A stretch of DNA of 64,000 nt, taken from IMG/VR virus record IMGVR_UViG_2061766007_000921, one strand, 5' to 3'. Position numbers and translations under genes: made by a program. The notes under the pieces are model-generated. The model ran no database searches, had not been told where the DNA came from, and saw only the letters and a list, made by a program, of their open reading frames with translations. This DNA comes from an uncultured virus (IMG/VR IMGVR_UViG_2061766007_000921) (lineage: Duplodnaviria > Heunggongvirae > Uroviricota > Caudoviricetes). This document shows, in pieces, positions 1 through 10,800 of this stretch (its first letter is position 1; every line of letters begins with the position of its first letter).

Positions 1-729
1 TCTTGTTCCTTCATTAATTAACAAATCAATTGCATCAATATGATCATCAACAAAAATCCAATCTCTGATATTCATACCTGTTCCATACACAGGAATATTC
101 TTATTATTCATTAAACAAGATATTACTGTAGGAATAAGTTTTTCTTTGTGCTGTTTTGGTCCGTAATTATTTGAACAATGTGTAATTATTGTAGGAATAT
201 TAAATGATACACTATAAGCTCTTACAAAATAATCTGATGATGCTTTAGATGCAGAATATGGAGAATTTGGAGCATATACATTAGATTCTTTAAACTTCTC
301 TTCAGTTTCATTTTTCAATGAACCGAACACTTCATCTGTTGATATATGAAAAAACAATTTATCTGAAGTATTTTTATTCCAAGCTTTTCTTGCACACTCC
401 AAAAGATTTAATGTTCCAATAACATTTGTTTCTGCAAACACATATGGATTTGCCAATGAATTATCGACATGTGATTCAGCAGCAAAATTTATAATTGTAT
501 CAATATTGTGTTCTACAAGAATATCATATACTCCTTTATCGCAAATGTCTCCTTTTATAAATTTTGCATTTTTGTATCTATCAAGAGCACTTTCAATATT
601 ACTGAGTTTACCACAATATGTAAGATTATCATATCCAATAATATTACAATCTTTATATTTCTTTGCGAAATATTCAAAAGCATTGCTGCCTATAAATCCA
701 CAGCATCCAGTTATAAACACATTTTTCAT
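1..729 (-). CDS. rfbB: dTDP-glucose 4,6-dehydratase (runs off window edge)
   Basis: Manual translation MKNVFITGCCGFIGSN...FAAESHVD...HISTDEVFG...YSASK; ATG overlaps the rfbD TGA. Confidence 0.93.
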   Translation of the reverse strand, partial: MKNVFITGCCGFIGSNAFEYFAKKYKDCNIIGYDNLTYCGKLSNIESALDRYKNAKFIKGDICDKGVYDILVEHNIDTIINFAAESHVDNSLANPYVFAETNVIGTLNLLECARKAWNKNTSDKLFFHISTDEVFGSLKNETEEKFKESNVYAPNSPYSASKASSDYFVRAYSVSFNIPTIITHCSNNYGPKQHKEKLIPTVISCLMNNKNIPVYGTGMNIRDWIFVDDHIDAIDLLINEGTR

Positions 730-1718
730 TTATCTAAAGTATTAATTATTTTGCAAATAACATCTTTCAATGAATCTTTCCAATATCTAAACTCATATCC
801 TGTTGACTTAATGTTAGTTTTGTCAAACATACTAATACACGGACGATGTACAACTGGTTTATTATTTGAACTCATCATATTCAGTATATCAGATTCAGGA
901 ATTGGACGAATAACAGGATTTTCATTAAAAATAAAAATACCTTCTTGTTTTGCTTCTTTGATGTATAATTCTACTATAGCTTTTGCAAAATCAAACCAAG
1001 ATATAGCACCGTCATTACTAAAATGATAAATTCCTGATTTTAATTCTGGATTATCGTGTGATAATCTGTTTTTTGATACAATTGTACCAATTATAAATTC
1101 AGCAAGATCATGAGCATTTGTAGGAGATCCAATCTGATCATAAACAACATTTAAATCTTTATCTGCTAAAAATTGTTTAATTATTGATTTAACAAAGTTG
1201 TTTCCATATTCAGAATATAACCAACTTGTACGAATAATCATATATTGTAGATTGGTTTGATCTGCTACTTCTATTATATTTTTTTCTCCTGCAAGTTTTG
1301 TTTTTCCATAGTTGTTTAAAGGATCTACACCGTCCATAGTTTCTTTTAATGTTCTCATTAATCCAGGAAAAACATAATCTGTAGAAATATGAATCAATGT
1401 AATTTTATATTTTTCACACATATGTGCTAAATATAAAGGAGCAATCCCATTAACTTTTATCGCATTTCCTTGTTCAACTGTTGGATCTTCTGCTCCATTA
1501 ACATTTGTATATGCTGCACAATTTATCAAATAATCAAATTTCCATCCAGTGGTTTCATACAAATAATTATCAATCTTTTCTATATCTGTAATGTCTAATT
1601 CTTCATGTGTCAAAAATACAGCTTCAACATTTTTATTAGATGGTTTCTGTAACTCATCTTTAATGCATTTTGCTAATTGACCATTTGCTCCGGTAACAAG
1701 AATTTTTATTTTACTCAT
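726..1718 (-). CDS. rfbD: dTDP-4-dehydrorhamnose reductase
   Basis: ILVTGANGQL, NCAAYTNV, HISTDYVF, YGKTK, DQIGSPT. Confidence 0.93.
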   Translation of the reverse strand: MSKIKILVTGANGQLAKCIKDELQKPSNKNVEAVFLTHEELDITDIEKIDNYLYETTGWKFDYLINCAAYTNVNGAEDPTVEQGNAIKVNGIAPLYLAHMCEKYKITLIHISTDYVFPGLMRTLKETMDGVDPLNNYGKTKLAGEKNIIEVADQTNLQYMIIRTSWLYSEYGNNFVKSIIKQFLADKDLNVVYDQIGSPTNAHDLAEFIIGTIVSKNRLSHDNPELKSGIYHFSNDGAISWFDFAKAIVELYIKEAKQEGIFIFNENPVIRPIPESDILNMMSSNNKPVVHRPCISMFDKTNIKSTGYEFRYWKDSLKDVICKIINTLDK

Positions 1719-2304
1719 AATAATTTATATCAAATTTAAATAATTCAGTTTCAGGAAGTTCTTCAAGTTTAACTCTTGCCATATCTTTATCAGATAAAAT
1801 TATATCTGCAGGATCAATAAATTTCATTCCCTCTGGTGAATCATTCCAGCTTGGAATAGAAAAAAATGACATTCCACTTTCTGACTCTTTATTATATAAA
1901 TTATCACATTTATATTGAAATAACGCATCTGGTGAAATGACTACAAATCCATGAGCAAATCCTCTTGGAATAAAAAGCTGATTATGATTATCTTCACTAA
2001 GAACAACAGATACAAACTTTCCAAAATTTGGAGAACCTAGTCTTATATCTACTGCATAATCTATAACATATCCTTTAACTGCTCTTACTAATTTAGATTG
2101 TGCATAAGGAGCTTTTTGCCAATGAAGGCCGCGCATTGTTCCGTATTTAGAATAAGACTGATTGTCTTGAACAAATGTAGTGTCACAAACTTTTTCTCTA
2201 AATTCTTTGTCATTGAAGGATTCATAAAAATATCCACGAGAATCATAGTGAATATCTGGAACAATAATTTTAACTTCCGGTAAAGTTGTATCTTTAATTT
2301 GCAT
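1711..2304 (-). CDS. rfbC: dTDP-4-dehydrorhamnose 3,5-epimerase
   Basis: DSRGYFYE, FVQDNQS, RGLH, GFAHGF, YKCDN. Confidence 0.95.
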   Translation of the reverse strand: MQIKDTTLPEVKIIVPDIHYDSRGYFYESFNDKEFREKVCDTTFVQDNQSYSKYGTMRGLHWQKAPYAQSKLVRAVKGYVIDYAVDIRLGSPNFGKFVSVVLSEDNHNQLFIPRGFAHGFVVISPDALFQYKCDNLYNKESESGMSFFSIPSWNDSPEGMKFIDPADIILSDKDMARVKLEELPETELFKFDINYYE

Positions 2305-2410
2305 CAAATAAATAGATAAATTTTTGTTTAGAAATTATATCATTTTAAAAATAATTGGATATAAAATATTGAGAAAGTTAATAACAAATATTCTAAAATG
2401 TATTAAATCA

Positions 2411-2995
2411 ATGAGTAAAGAATCAATTAAAAAGTGTTGTATTGTTTCGTGTTTATGTTTATTGATGCTTCCTGGTGGAATTCACATTTGTAAAGGTATA
2501 GAAAATTACAGAGACAATGAAGATTTGCCAGCAAACTATGAAGAAAAGGTTGAAGCGGTAAAAGGTTATATTGCATATGCTATTAAAAATCAAAATTACA
2601 AATACAAAGATTTACAAGTATCTCCTGAAGCATTTGTAATTGAATCTATAAAAAATGATTTTGATCTTCCTTTAATGTTGGCACAAGCACACCAAGAAAG
2701 TTGTTTTGGAATGTCTGCAAGAGCAAGAAAAACAAATTCTGTATTTGCTATAGGTTCACATGATGACGGAACGAACAAAAGATTTTATGACACACAAGAT
2801 GAAAGTATTGCTGAATATATTAATTTATTAAAAAATCATTATCTTGTGAATGGAAAAACTGAATTAGATTTGTTGAAAACAAATGGTTTTGTAGATTGTA
2901 AAAATAACAGATACGCTTCAGATGAAAACTATGAAGCAAACATAAGAAGACTTAGAAACAAAATTATTAAAATGTATCCTGTATTAGCAGATTAA
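2411..2995 (+). CDS. Glucosaminidase/lysozyme-like peptidoglycan hydrolase with N-terminal hydrophobic anchor
   Basis: LAQAHQES, NSVFAIG, YASDENY motifs; the only credible plus-strand gene. Confidence 0.7.
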   Translation: MSKESIKKCCIVSCLCLLMLPGGIHICKGIENYRDNEDLPANYEEKVEAVKGYIAYAIKNQNYKYKDLQVSPEAFVIESIKNDFDLPLMLAQAHQESCFGMSARARKTNSVFAIGSHDDGTNKRFYDTQDESIAEYINLLKNHYLVNGKTELDLLKTNGFVDCKNNRYASDENYEANIRRLRNKIIKMYPVLAD

Positions 2996-3012
2996 TAAAC
3001 ATATATAAATTA

Positions 3013-3044
3013 AGAAAGCCGCTAGAATTTCTAACGGCTTTTAT
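3013..3044. terminator. Bidirectional intrinsic terminator
   Basis: AAAGCCG-TAGAA..TTCTA-CGGCTTTT between convergent genes. Confidence 0.7.
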
Positions 3045-3049
3045 TTTTA

Positions 3050-4846
3050 TTATGCATTCAAATCAGGTGGTGGTGCTTGAGGAAGTTCTCCACCTACTTC
3101 TAATTCTCCACCTCCACCAAGGTCTCCTCCTGGTTCTCCTCCGCCAAGGTCTCCTCCACCTCCGAAGTCTCCACCTCCACTGAAGTCTCCACCTCCGCCA
3201 AGGTCAAATCCGCCTCCACCAAGGTCTCCTCCCATTCCACCTTGTTCTGCTTGTTCTGCTTGTGCTTCTTCAAGTTTCTTCTTATCTTCATCAAGAAGTT
3301 TCTTATTAAGTGTCCAATCATCATCAGTAAAGTTCAAATACTTCTGAAGTAAGAATCTCATACTAAATACTGGAGTTTGATCTTGATTTTGCAAACTTGC
3401 AAGTGTTTGAATAAGTTGAGTACCTTGTTCAAGAATAGCTTTTTCCTTTGCAAGTGCAAATACATTTTCTTCAGTATATGTTAATCCAAGAGCATTCTTA
3501 AGAACATTGTTTTCTGCATGTGCTTTGTTGTGAAGACAAAATTGTGTCCAAGTAGGTTTAATAAGAATCTCTTTAATAATATCTCTAATTCGTTGAATAA
3601 ACAAACTAAATTTATATTCTTCATGTGTCATTGTGCTGTTATCAGGAACAATTGATGATTCTTGTCCGTCAAACAACATATTAAATCTATCTTTAGGAAG
3701 TCTTGTTTCAATTAAAAATCTTTGCCAGAACCATTTAAGAGATTCTACAGAGTTCATATCATGACCTTCAACTCCTAATTCTGAAATTTCTGTCTGTGTA
3801 CCTTCTTTACTTGGGAATATAAAAGTTTTTGCAAATGAGAATTTTGGTTGTCCATTGACTGTAATTTCACCAGACATATTATCAATTACAATCTCTTCTT
3901 TATATCTGGCTTCAAGTTCACGAAGACGTGTTCTCATTTTTTGTTCTGACTGTGTACCTGCAGGAACAACAATTTTTACTCTCTTTTGTGCATTCTGTAA
4001 GTTCCAAATAATTCTTGAATTCTCAAGAGTACGAAGCATATTGAAAGTTCTAATAAGGTGTTCACAATATGACAAGTGTGAAATAAAATTGTTCTTTGCC
4101 CAAGAAATATAAATTACATTAGTGTCAAGAAGAACACGCTCATTTTGTGCATCTCCTTTGTTCTGAATCCATACTTTATATTCTCTTCCTTGCAAATCTT
4201 TTTTAATTGCAGGTTGCAATGTAATAGGGTCAAGTTCTTGGAATCCTACAATATCTTTTGCAATTGTATTATCTTGATTGCTATCATAAATTATTTCAAA
4301 TGCAAGAAATCCATCAATAAGAAACTTTTTAACATAATGCCAAGCATCATTAGATTCATTAAAATGGAACAAATGGTATATTCTTCTATATGCACTATTA
4401 ATTTCATCTACAATTTGTTTACCTGATTCTGCTTTAAGAATTGATTTTAATCGTTTAGTATTTGGATATGCAAAATAATGCATATCATCATTTACAATAG
4501 TTTCATCAGCAATAGTATCAAGAACATAATTAATCTCACCTTGTAAAGCAAACTTTCTTAAAAAGTCTCTTCTCATTTGATAAGATTGGTCGAAAAATGC
4601 TATATAGTCATTTTGTCCTGCAATATTAGAGTGCTTTCTGAACTCATAATCGTCATTTAAAGTAGTTCCATTAAATGCATCATTGAGAGCAGTCTCCTCT
4701 GCTCCAACACCTCTCATTTGTTTAATAAGAGAACTGTTCCATCTAACACCAAGTGCACTTAATGACAGCAAATTACTTTCTAATCTACGATTAGGTCTTG
4801 CTTCATTTGAACTTGTTAATGACTTGAGTATATATCTTTTAGGCAT
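3050..4846 (-). CDS. T4 gp20-like portal protein
   Basis: IADETIV, FLIDG, ELDP, N.LR.LE.S.II, P..EG..TEI..L motifs; Gly-rich acidic tail. Confidence 0.85.
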   Translation of the reverse strand: MPKRYILKSLTSSNEARPNRRLESNLLSLSALGVRWNSSLIKQMRGVGAEETALNDAFNGTTLNDDYEFRKHSNIAGQNDYIAFFDQSYQMRRDFLRKFALQGEINYVLDTIADETIVNDDMHYFAYPNTKRLKSILKAESGKQIVDEINSAYRRIYHLFHFNESNDAWHYVKKFLIDGFLAFEIIYDSNQDNTIAKDIVGFQELDPITLQPAIKKDLQGREYKVWIQNKGDAQNERVLLDTNVIYISWAKNNFISHLSYCEHLIRTFNMLRTLENSRIIWNLQNAQKRVKIVVPAGTQSEQKMRTRLRELEARYKEEIVIDNMSGEITVNGQPKFSFAKTFIFPSKEGTQTEISELGVEGHDMNSVESLKWFWQRFLIETRLPKDRFNMLFDGQESSIVPDNSTMTHEEYKFSLFIQRIRDIIKEILIKPTWTQFCLHNKAHAENNVLKNALGLTYTEENVFALAKEKAILEQGTQLIQTLASLQNQDQTPVFSMRFLLQKYLNFTDDDWTLNKKLLDEDKKKLEEAQAEQAEQGGMGGDLGGGGFDLGGGGDFSGGGDFGGGGDLGGGEPGGDLGGGGELEVGGELPQAPPPDLNA

Positions 4847-4867
4847 TAAAATTTACAATACATTTTA

Positions 4868-5515
4868 TTATTTATTTGCTAGAATTTCACTTTGAACTTT
4901 AGCCAAATCTGCACCACGAATTGATTCACCGAATGATAAAAATGGAATATATTTCCAAACATCATATTCAATCAACCGTATGTTTACAATATTTTTTATT
5001 AAATATCTTCTATAAATAGAATTCAAATCAATTGACAATTTATTTTTAATCAAAACAAAAAATTGTTTTCTTGATTCTTCATCATATAATATTTTTGCAA
5101 GCTGTTCATTAACTGCATATGTATTATTTGTAACTGCTCTTGACAAAGTATCTTTGTAAAACTGTGAAAAATTATCATATATAAAATCTAACACAGCTGC
5201 TCGATAACTACCTATCAAAAAATTAAAATTTAATCCATATACATAATCATTATCAAAATTAGTACAAAGCAAAACAGGAACTACATCTTTATATTTGTAA
5301 TTCCCTGTGGTGTCATATAATTCTGTTAAATATGCAAATGTATAAAATACTGATGGAACGAATCCTTTCATTTGTGATTCCATATCCATACCAGTAATTT
5401 GTTTTGACTTTTCAACTCCTGTAAGCACTTTATCAAGAGTATCAACAACCAAATACTCATATGCAAGAGACTCCATCTCTTTTTTATTTGATGATTTGTA
5501 TATTTCTAAAAACAT
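4868..5515 (-). CDS. T4 gp2-like DNA end protector
   Basis: FYTFAY...D.VP.L...GLNFNFL...RRYL pattern; next to portal and gp4. Confidence 0.55.
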   Translation of the reverse strand: MFLEIYKSSNKKEMESLAYEYLVVDTLDKVLTGVEKSKQITGMDMESQMKGFVPSVFYTFAYLTELYDTTGNYKYKDVVPVLLCTNFDNDYVYGLNFNFLIGSYRAAVLDFIYDNFSQFYKDTLSRAVTNNTYAVNEQLAKILYDEESRKQFFVLIKNKLSIDLNSIYRRYLIKNIVNIRLIEYDVWKYIPFLSFGESIRGADLAKVQSEILANK

Positions 5516-6255
5516 TATGCAGTATTTCTATATTTTTTGTATATTTCCTTTACAAGGCCAGCAAATGTATATCCTAACTCTTCTAATCGTTTATTAAGAG
5601 TATTTGCAGTTTTTCCAGTATTATACATATTTAAATCATACATCTGATTTGCTACTATATATGGAACATATGTATATGGTGAAAACATTACTTGTGGATC
5701 AGCAAGTCTTGGACGAATTCCATTTATAAGCAAAACATAAGAATAAAACCAATCATCTTCAAATGTATGAATAATATCATCTGTTAAAATATTTTCCCAA
5801 TCTTTTAAAAATTCTGGTTTATATAATGAAGCTCCTCCGTACATTAGCATTGCTCCCCAATATGTATGATAAGTTGTAGTTATTGGTCTAGTAGGATCTT
5901 TTTTAAATGAATTTATCATTCCTTCTACATAAAATTCAGGATACAAAATATCATCATCTGCAGTAATAATTATATCATTTGGATGTTTTTTGATAATAGG
6001 TAAAAACTTCTTAAAACACTTTATATTTTCTCCTTCAACCCAATTTATTTCAAATTGTCCTTTGAATTCATCTTCAAGAAGTTTTATATTATCAGGAATA
6101 CTATCTTTGTTATTATCAAATTCTGCAAGTGATAAATTTAAATATACTTTATCTGGAGAAAGAGTCTGTATACATAAACTTTTTATTCCAGGAGCAATAT
6201 CATACTGCATTTTTCCTTTCCAAGATGTAAATGATACTATTATCTTTTCACTCAT
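5515..6255 (-). CDS. GT-A fold glycosyltransferase
   Basis: IVSFTSW, KKFLP, IITADDDILYP. Confidence 0.75.
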   Translation of the reverse strand: MSEKIIVSFTSWKGKMQYDIAPGIKSLCIQTLSPDKVYLNLSLAEFDNNKDSIPDNIKLLEDEFKGQFEINWVEGENIKCFKKFLPIIKKHPNDIIITADDDILYPEFYVEGMINSFKKDPTRPITTTYHTYWGAMLMYGGASLYKPEFLKDWENILTDDIIHTFEDDWFYSYVLLINGIRPRLADPQVMFSPYTYVPYIVANQMYDLNMYNTGKTANTLNKRLEELGYTFAGLVKEIYKKYRNTA

Positions 6256-6839
6256 TATAAAATTCCCATTTTCTTTAATGTAACTTCTGTAAATACTTTA
6301 AACTCTAATCCACGTTCTGAACACCACTGAACTGCTGCTTCCCATTTTTTAATATTTTGCATATATGTCTTTGCAGCTTCATTAAATCGTTTTTGTTCTT
6401 GAAGCTTTGCTCCTACTGGAGGTGGAACTGGTTTTTCTGTTTGATACAGCGGTTTTATTTCAATCAACATCTTTTTTACCTTTGTTCCGTCTTCATCATC
6501 GTCATCTCTAACACATAAATAAAAATCAGGATAATAATTATGAATTGGCCAATTCTTTGGATCCATTGGACTAACATTAAATTTTCTACAAGCATCAAGA
6601 TCTACTGCAGCAGGATTACGGTATTGAATACATGCAGTTTCACAACCCCACTCAATTACAGCAGGATTGTCATCACACCAACGAGCAAATTGTGCTTCCC
6701 ACTCAGAACGATATATTATTTCTCCACCTACAACTTTATCTGGATGTGTAGGAACATAAACACCCTGATGAGGTTTTCCGCTTTTTTCCTCATTCATCAT
6801 ATTTGGTCTATGTGTCTTTTTATATGTTTTGGTATCCAT
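6255..6839 (-). CDS. T4 gp4-like head completion nuclease (TnsA-like)
   Basis: YRSEWE, WGCE, YYPDF, IEIKP, N.KKWEAA, F.VFTE. Confidence 0.85.
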   Translation of the reverse strand: MDTKTYKKTHRPNMMNEEKSGKPHQGVYVPTHPDKVVGGEIIYRSEWEAQFARWCDDNPAVIEWGCETACIQYRNPAAVDLDACRKFNVSPMDPKNWPIHNYYPDFYLCVRDDDDEDGTKVKKMLIEIKPLYQTEKPVPPPVGAKLQEQKRFNEAAKTYMQNIKKWEAAVQWCSERGLEFKVFTEVTLKKMGIL

Positions 6840-7785
6840 AAATTACATTTAATTTCTTAAATTCTTCAGGAACACTATCCCACTGATTTTCTTCTATCAA
6901 TTTATCTTTAAACCATATTACAGTATTCCAAAATATTTCTTTCATTACACGTCCTGTCACCTCTTCACCATTATATACTTCAAATAGAACATCGTCACTA
7001 TAAAAAAGTGCTGCTTCAAATGCAAATTTTGCTGCAATATATTGTGCAAAATAATTTTGAGATACATCACTATCATAAATAGGATGTTTTTCATATTGAA
7101 ACAATAACACTAAAATATGTTCATCTGGTGATATATGAAGTTTTGCTCCGTATGACATTACATTTCTCCAAAACAACAAATCACCTGTTTCTTGCATTAC
7201 ATATTTAGGATGATATTTATCATAAAATGATTTTCTTAATATACTAGCATTGTTATGCCAAGGATAATATGTTGCATCTCTTTGCCATGCTAAATTGAAA
7301 GCATATGCTGGAAATTTATTGAACAGCTCAATAGATTCTTTACATTTCTGAGCATGAAAAAGTTCAGATGTTATTTTCAAATTGATTGGAACTTTATTGT
7401 TTTCATCTAAAAATAGCATTCTGATTCCACAACAATGTGCATCAATATCAGGATGCTCATCCATAAATTGAACGTGTGTAATCAAATAATCATCAAATAA
7501 AATATCATCATGATCTATTCTGCATAAATATTCTCCTTGTGCAAGTTCATATGACATATTATGAGCATCTGCATAAGCAATTCTATTTTCTTTTTCACAT
7601 CTATACAATTTAAATCTTGAATCAACTGCACAAAATTCATTTTGTATAATATCATATGTATCATCAGTAGACATATCATCTACTATAATAACCTCAAAAT
7701 CTTGATATACTTGATTTTTTATAGAATACAATGTACGTCTTATAGTATAACTAGAATTATATGTTGCTATACATATGCTTACCAT
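6820..7785 (-). CDS. Glycosyltransferase family 2
   Basis: VSICIATYN, VDDMSTD, IDHDD. Confidence 0.88.
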   Translation of the reverse strand: MVSICIATYNSSYTIRRTLYSIKNQVYQDFEVIIVDDMSTDDTYDIIQNEFCAVDSRFKLYRCEKENRIAYADAHNMSYELAQGEYLCRIDHDDILFDDYLITHVQFMDEHPDIDAHCCGIRMLFLDENNKVPINLKITSELFHAQKCKESIELFNKFPAYAFNLAWQRDATYYPWHNNASILRKSFYDKYHPKYVMQETGDLLFWRNVMSYGAKLHISPDEHILVLLFQYEKHPIYDSDVSQNYFAQYIAAKFAFEAALFYSDDVLFEVYNGEEVTGRVMKEIFWNTVIWFKDKLIEENQWDSVPEEFKKLNVIYGYQNI

Positions 7786-7796
7786 AGCAAAAACAA

Positions 7797-8960
7797 TTAT
7801 TTTAAATCTAAAATATAATATGTTTCTGCTCTTTTATCAGAATATTTCAAATATGCATTCCAAACTTCTGTACGATTTCTAGCAAAAACTACTCTATTTC
7901 CTGTTTCTATTCCATATTCTAAAAATATAGCAAACATTGAATCATCAATATGATCATCTGTAATTATAAATGTATGATTTGTGCATCCTCTCATAAGAGA
8001 GATTAATTGTGACATAAAAGCATACACTTGTTTATCTGAATTTGTAAACTCTATTACATCATATGTATCAATAATATCTTTCCATGAAGTTGCTAAATTA
8101 TAATTACAACTTGAATCGATAAAAAATGATTCTACATATTTTTCAATAGGATAATGAGATACATTGTCACACAAAAATACATTTGCTGTATTTAATGTAG
8201 GTGTTCCATCTGGCCAGCCGCGAGAAGCCTTTTTAATCCATTCATCAAATGATTTTGTATAATAATGTTTAATATATCCGCACTTATATCTTGGAGGAAA
8301 ATGTGTATGTGATTGATAATCAACTTTATGATATCCTCCAATATTATAAACTACAGGATTTGAACACATTGGAATATGTGATCCGTTAAACCAAACATCT
8401 TTGAAACGATCATAACCACCTCTCAATATTGATTTAATAAACACATTTTCCTTAAACATTATTAAAGGACGAACTGGCTCTGTAAATCTTTCTTGTACTG
8501 TTCCTTCTGTTTTATGATATTGTCCACCAGTTCCATACACAATCCAATTAAATGATACACAATCTTCTTCAATTGTTGCCAAAAAATCTTTTATATTAAA
8601 ATACAAAGGTATTTCAAGAAACTCATCAGCATCAAAATATGCACACCATTTATAATTTCCTTCATGACAGAACATTGAATAAAATTGTACTTGAAATGAA
8701 TTGAAATTATGACATGGAAATATTTCTACAGTTCCAGCTTCAATATATTCTTTTAAAACATCTGAAAGAGATTCATCAGGATTATTGTCACATATTATAA
8801 GTTTATCAAACCCCATATTAAGGTAGTGATTAACATACTCTATCATATAATCATTTTCACCTCTGGCACATGTGCATACAATATATTTTTCTGCATCTGC
8901 TGGATCTTTATGAAAATATACATCTATTTCATCTGTAATAAAATGATAATACTCGTCCAT
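7797..8960 (-). CDS. Glycosyltransferase (GT2-like/GT92-like)
   Basis: EYVNHYL.MGFD, DNN, FDADEFL, KSILR, HYYTKS. Confidence 0.75.
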   Translation of the reverse strand: MDEYYHFITDEIDVYFHKDPADAEKYIVCTCARGENDYMIEYVNHYLNMGFDKLIICDNNPDESLSDVLKEYIEAGTVEIFPCHNFNSFQVQFYSMFCHEGNYKWCAYFDADEFLEIPLYFNIKDFLATIEEDCVSFNWIVYGTGGQYHKTEGTVQERFTEPVRPLIMFKENVFIKSILRGGYDRFKDVWFNGSHIPMCSNPVVYNIGGYHKVDYQSHTHFPPRYKCGYIKHYYTKSFDEWIKKASRGWPDGTPTLNTANVFLCDNVSHYPIEKYVESFFIDSSCNYNLATSWKDIIDTYDVIEFTNSDKQVYAFMSQLISLMRGCTNHTFIITDDHIDDSMFAIFLEYGIETGNRVVFARNRTEVWNAYLKYSDKRAETYYILDLK

Positions 8961-9091
8961 TAAATTATTTTTTATTTTAATCCAGAAATAAGTTCTTCTA
9001 CCCTTATTCTGTTATTGATTCCATATATTATAGAATCTATAGTTTTTATTGTTTCTTGCATGTANNNNNNNNNNTTCCATTAAATTGTTTT

Positions 9092-9538
9092 TTATTTTAA
9101 TCCAGAAATAAGTTCTTCTACCCTTATTCTGTTGTTGATTCCATATATTATAGAATCTATAGTTTTTATTGTTTCTTGCATGTATTTAGCATGATTATCC
9201 AATAACTCTATATTATATTTTTCTTGTCCAAGATCTGCATCAATTTGAGCATTTATTGCAGCATCTGATGAATATCTTATTTGTGAAGATACTTTATAAT
9301 AATTGTATTTTGCTGCATATTTGCTTTTATAATCTTTAACAAGAGATGATATTTTTCCAAGTAATATAAAATAATAATCAAGAGCATCTTGTCTCTTTGC
9401 ATATACTACATTTTGAAGATCTGGTAAATCTGCAAACTTCTTCATCTTGGAATTCATCTCTGTTACAAGAGCTGACCAAGTTTTTTGATGAGTAGAAATA
9501 TAATCTTCTAGTGTTGATATGTTGTTTTGCTCTTCCAT
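9092..9538 (-). CDS. uvsY: UvsY-like recombination mediator
   Basis: Helical 148 aa, IDADL...TIK.ID...I.N.I; directly after uvsX. Confidence 0.65.
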   Translation of the reverse strand: MEEQNNISTLEDYISTHQKTWSALVTEMNSKMKKFADLPDLQNVVYAKRQDALDYYFILLGKISSLVKDYKSKYAAKYNYYKVSSQIRYSSDAAINAQIDADLGQEKYNIELLDNHAKYMQETIKTIDSIIYGINNRIRVEELISGLK

Positions 9539-9551
9539 TTTATTAAATTAT

Positions 9552-10790
9552 TTAAATTGATTCCATTGAATCAACAAGTTCATCAATATCTGTATTTTCA
9601 TCTTGAGAAGGAAGTTCAAAATTAGGACGAATTACTTCATCATCAATTCTGTGAAGAATTTCATTTGTTAATACTCGTGATGTAAATAATTCTGAAATTG
9701 GAACTTCTTCACCCAAATGAGAAACAACTATTTTTCTATTCTTTTGAATACCTGCAATTTTTGGATATGCATATTTTGTTTCACCATTGAACTCAAATGT
9801 TTTTACAGATTCTTTTTCTTTATCTGAAAGCTTATCATATTCTTTTTGTGTAAGAATGATTCCTTCCATAATTCCTGAATTTTCCCAAGTTAAATATGCT
9901 TCAAGTCCAACATACGGATTAGGAGCTTTGAAAAATGGAATTTGGAACTTAACTTTTTGAGGAATTGTAAATCTACTCTTTTCAGGTCTTGCTGTAACAA
10001 TAACACCAGTTTTTGTAAACTCGCCTACTTTATTTTCAGCAATCTTTTCAGATTCTTTATCATCAAGTTTTGCAGTTGATAAAAGCAAAGTAATAGATGC
10101 ATTAAATGCAATACCAGAACCTCCACTGACTACTGCTTTAGAAAACAAATCTTGTGTCATATATATATGAGAAGTAACTATAAATGGAGCTTGAGCTTTT
10201 GCAAGAGCAGTAGCATTTGTTCTAAACAAAGCTTTAACGTCCTGAGCTTTTGTCATGTCTCTTTTACCTGTTGACTCAATAGTATCATTCAATTCCTTTG
10301 TTGATGTTAAATTACCAAGAGAATCCAAAACAAACATAAGTTTAGGACGATCTTTTTTTGAAATACTATTTACTTTTTTCAGTAAATTTGCCATAAATGA
10401 ACTTACTTCTGAAATAGTAGTCACTTGTTTAATTATAAATTTAGATGCATTGCATCCTAGACGTTCTATAAAATCTTTATCAATAGCACCCTCAGAATCC
10501 ATATATACTGGAGTATATCCTTTTTTCTGTGCTTCTCTGCAAGCAGAAACGGCAAGATAAGATTTTCCAGTTCCTGGTGCACCTGCCAAACAAAGTACTC
10601 TTCCGCTAGGAATTCCTTTAAATAAAGAACCTGTTAAACATGCATTTAAAATATAACTTCCGGTATTAATATAATCATCAATTGTTGCAGTTGTACTTTC
10701 TGCTAAAATTTCTGCTGAATCATCTACAGATTTTACTAAATCAAATATAGAATCTCCTTCTTTTACATTAAATGTTTCTTTTTTTGCCAT
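9552..10790 (-). CDS. uvsX: UvsX/RecA-like recombinase
   Basis: TGSYILN, GAPGTGKS, DSEG, VLDSLG, SGG. Confidence 0.9.
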   Translation of the reverse strand: MAKKETFNVKEGDSIFDLVKSVDDSAEILAESTTATIDDYINTGSYILNACLTGSLFKGIPSGRVLCLAGAPGTGKSYLAVSACREAQKKGYTPVYMDSEGAIDKDFIERLGCNASKFIIKQVTTISEVSSFMANLLKKVNSISKKDRPKLMFVLDSLGNLTSTKELNDTIESTGKRDMTKAQDVKALFRTNATALAKAQAPFIVTSHIYMTQDLFSKAVVSGGSGIAFNASITLLLSTAKLDDKESEKIAENKVGEFTKTGVIVTARPEKSRFTIPQKVKFQIPFFKAPNPYVGLEAYLTWENSGIMEGIILTQKEYDKLSDKEKESVKTFEFNGETKYAYPKIAGIQKNRKIVVSHLGEEVPISELFTSRVLTNEILHRIDDEVIRPNFELPSQDENTDIDELVDSMESI

Positions 10791-10800
10791 ATCACTATAA

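Noticed and set aside
8954..9184. ~110-bp direct repeat of the uvsY 3' end
   Set aside because: The copies flank an N gap at 9065-9075; most likely a scaffolding artefact
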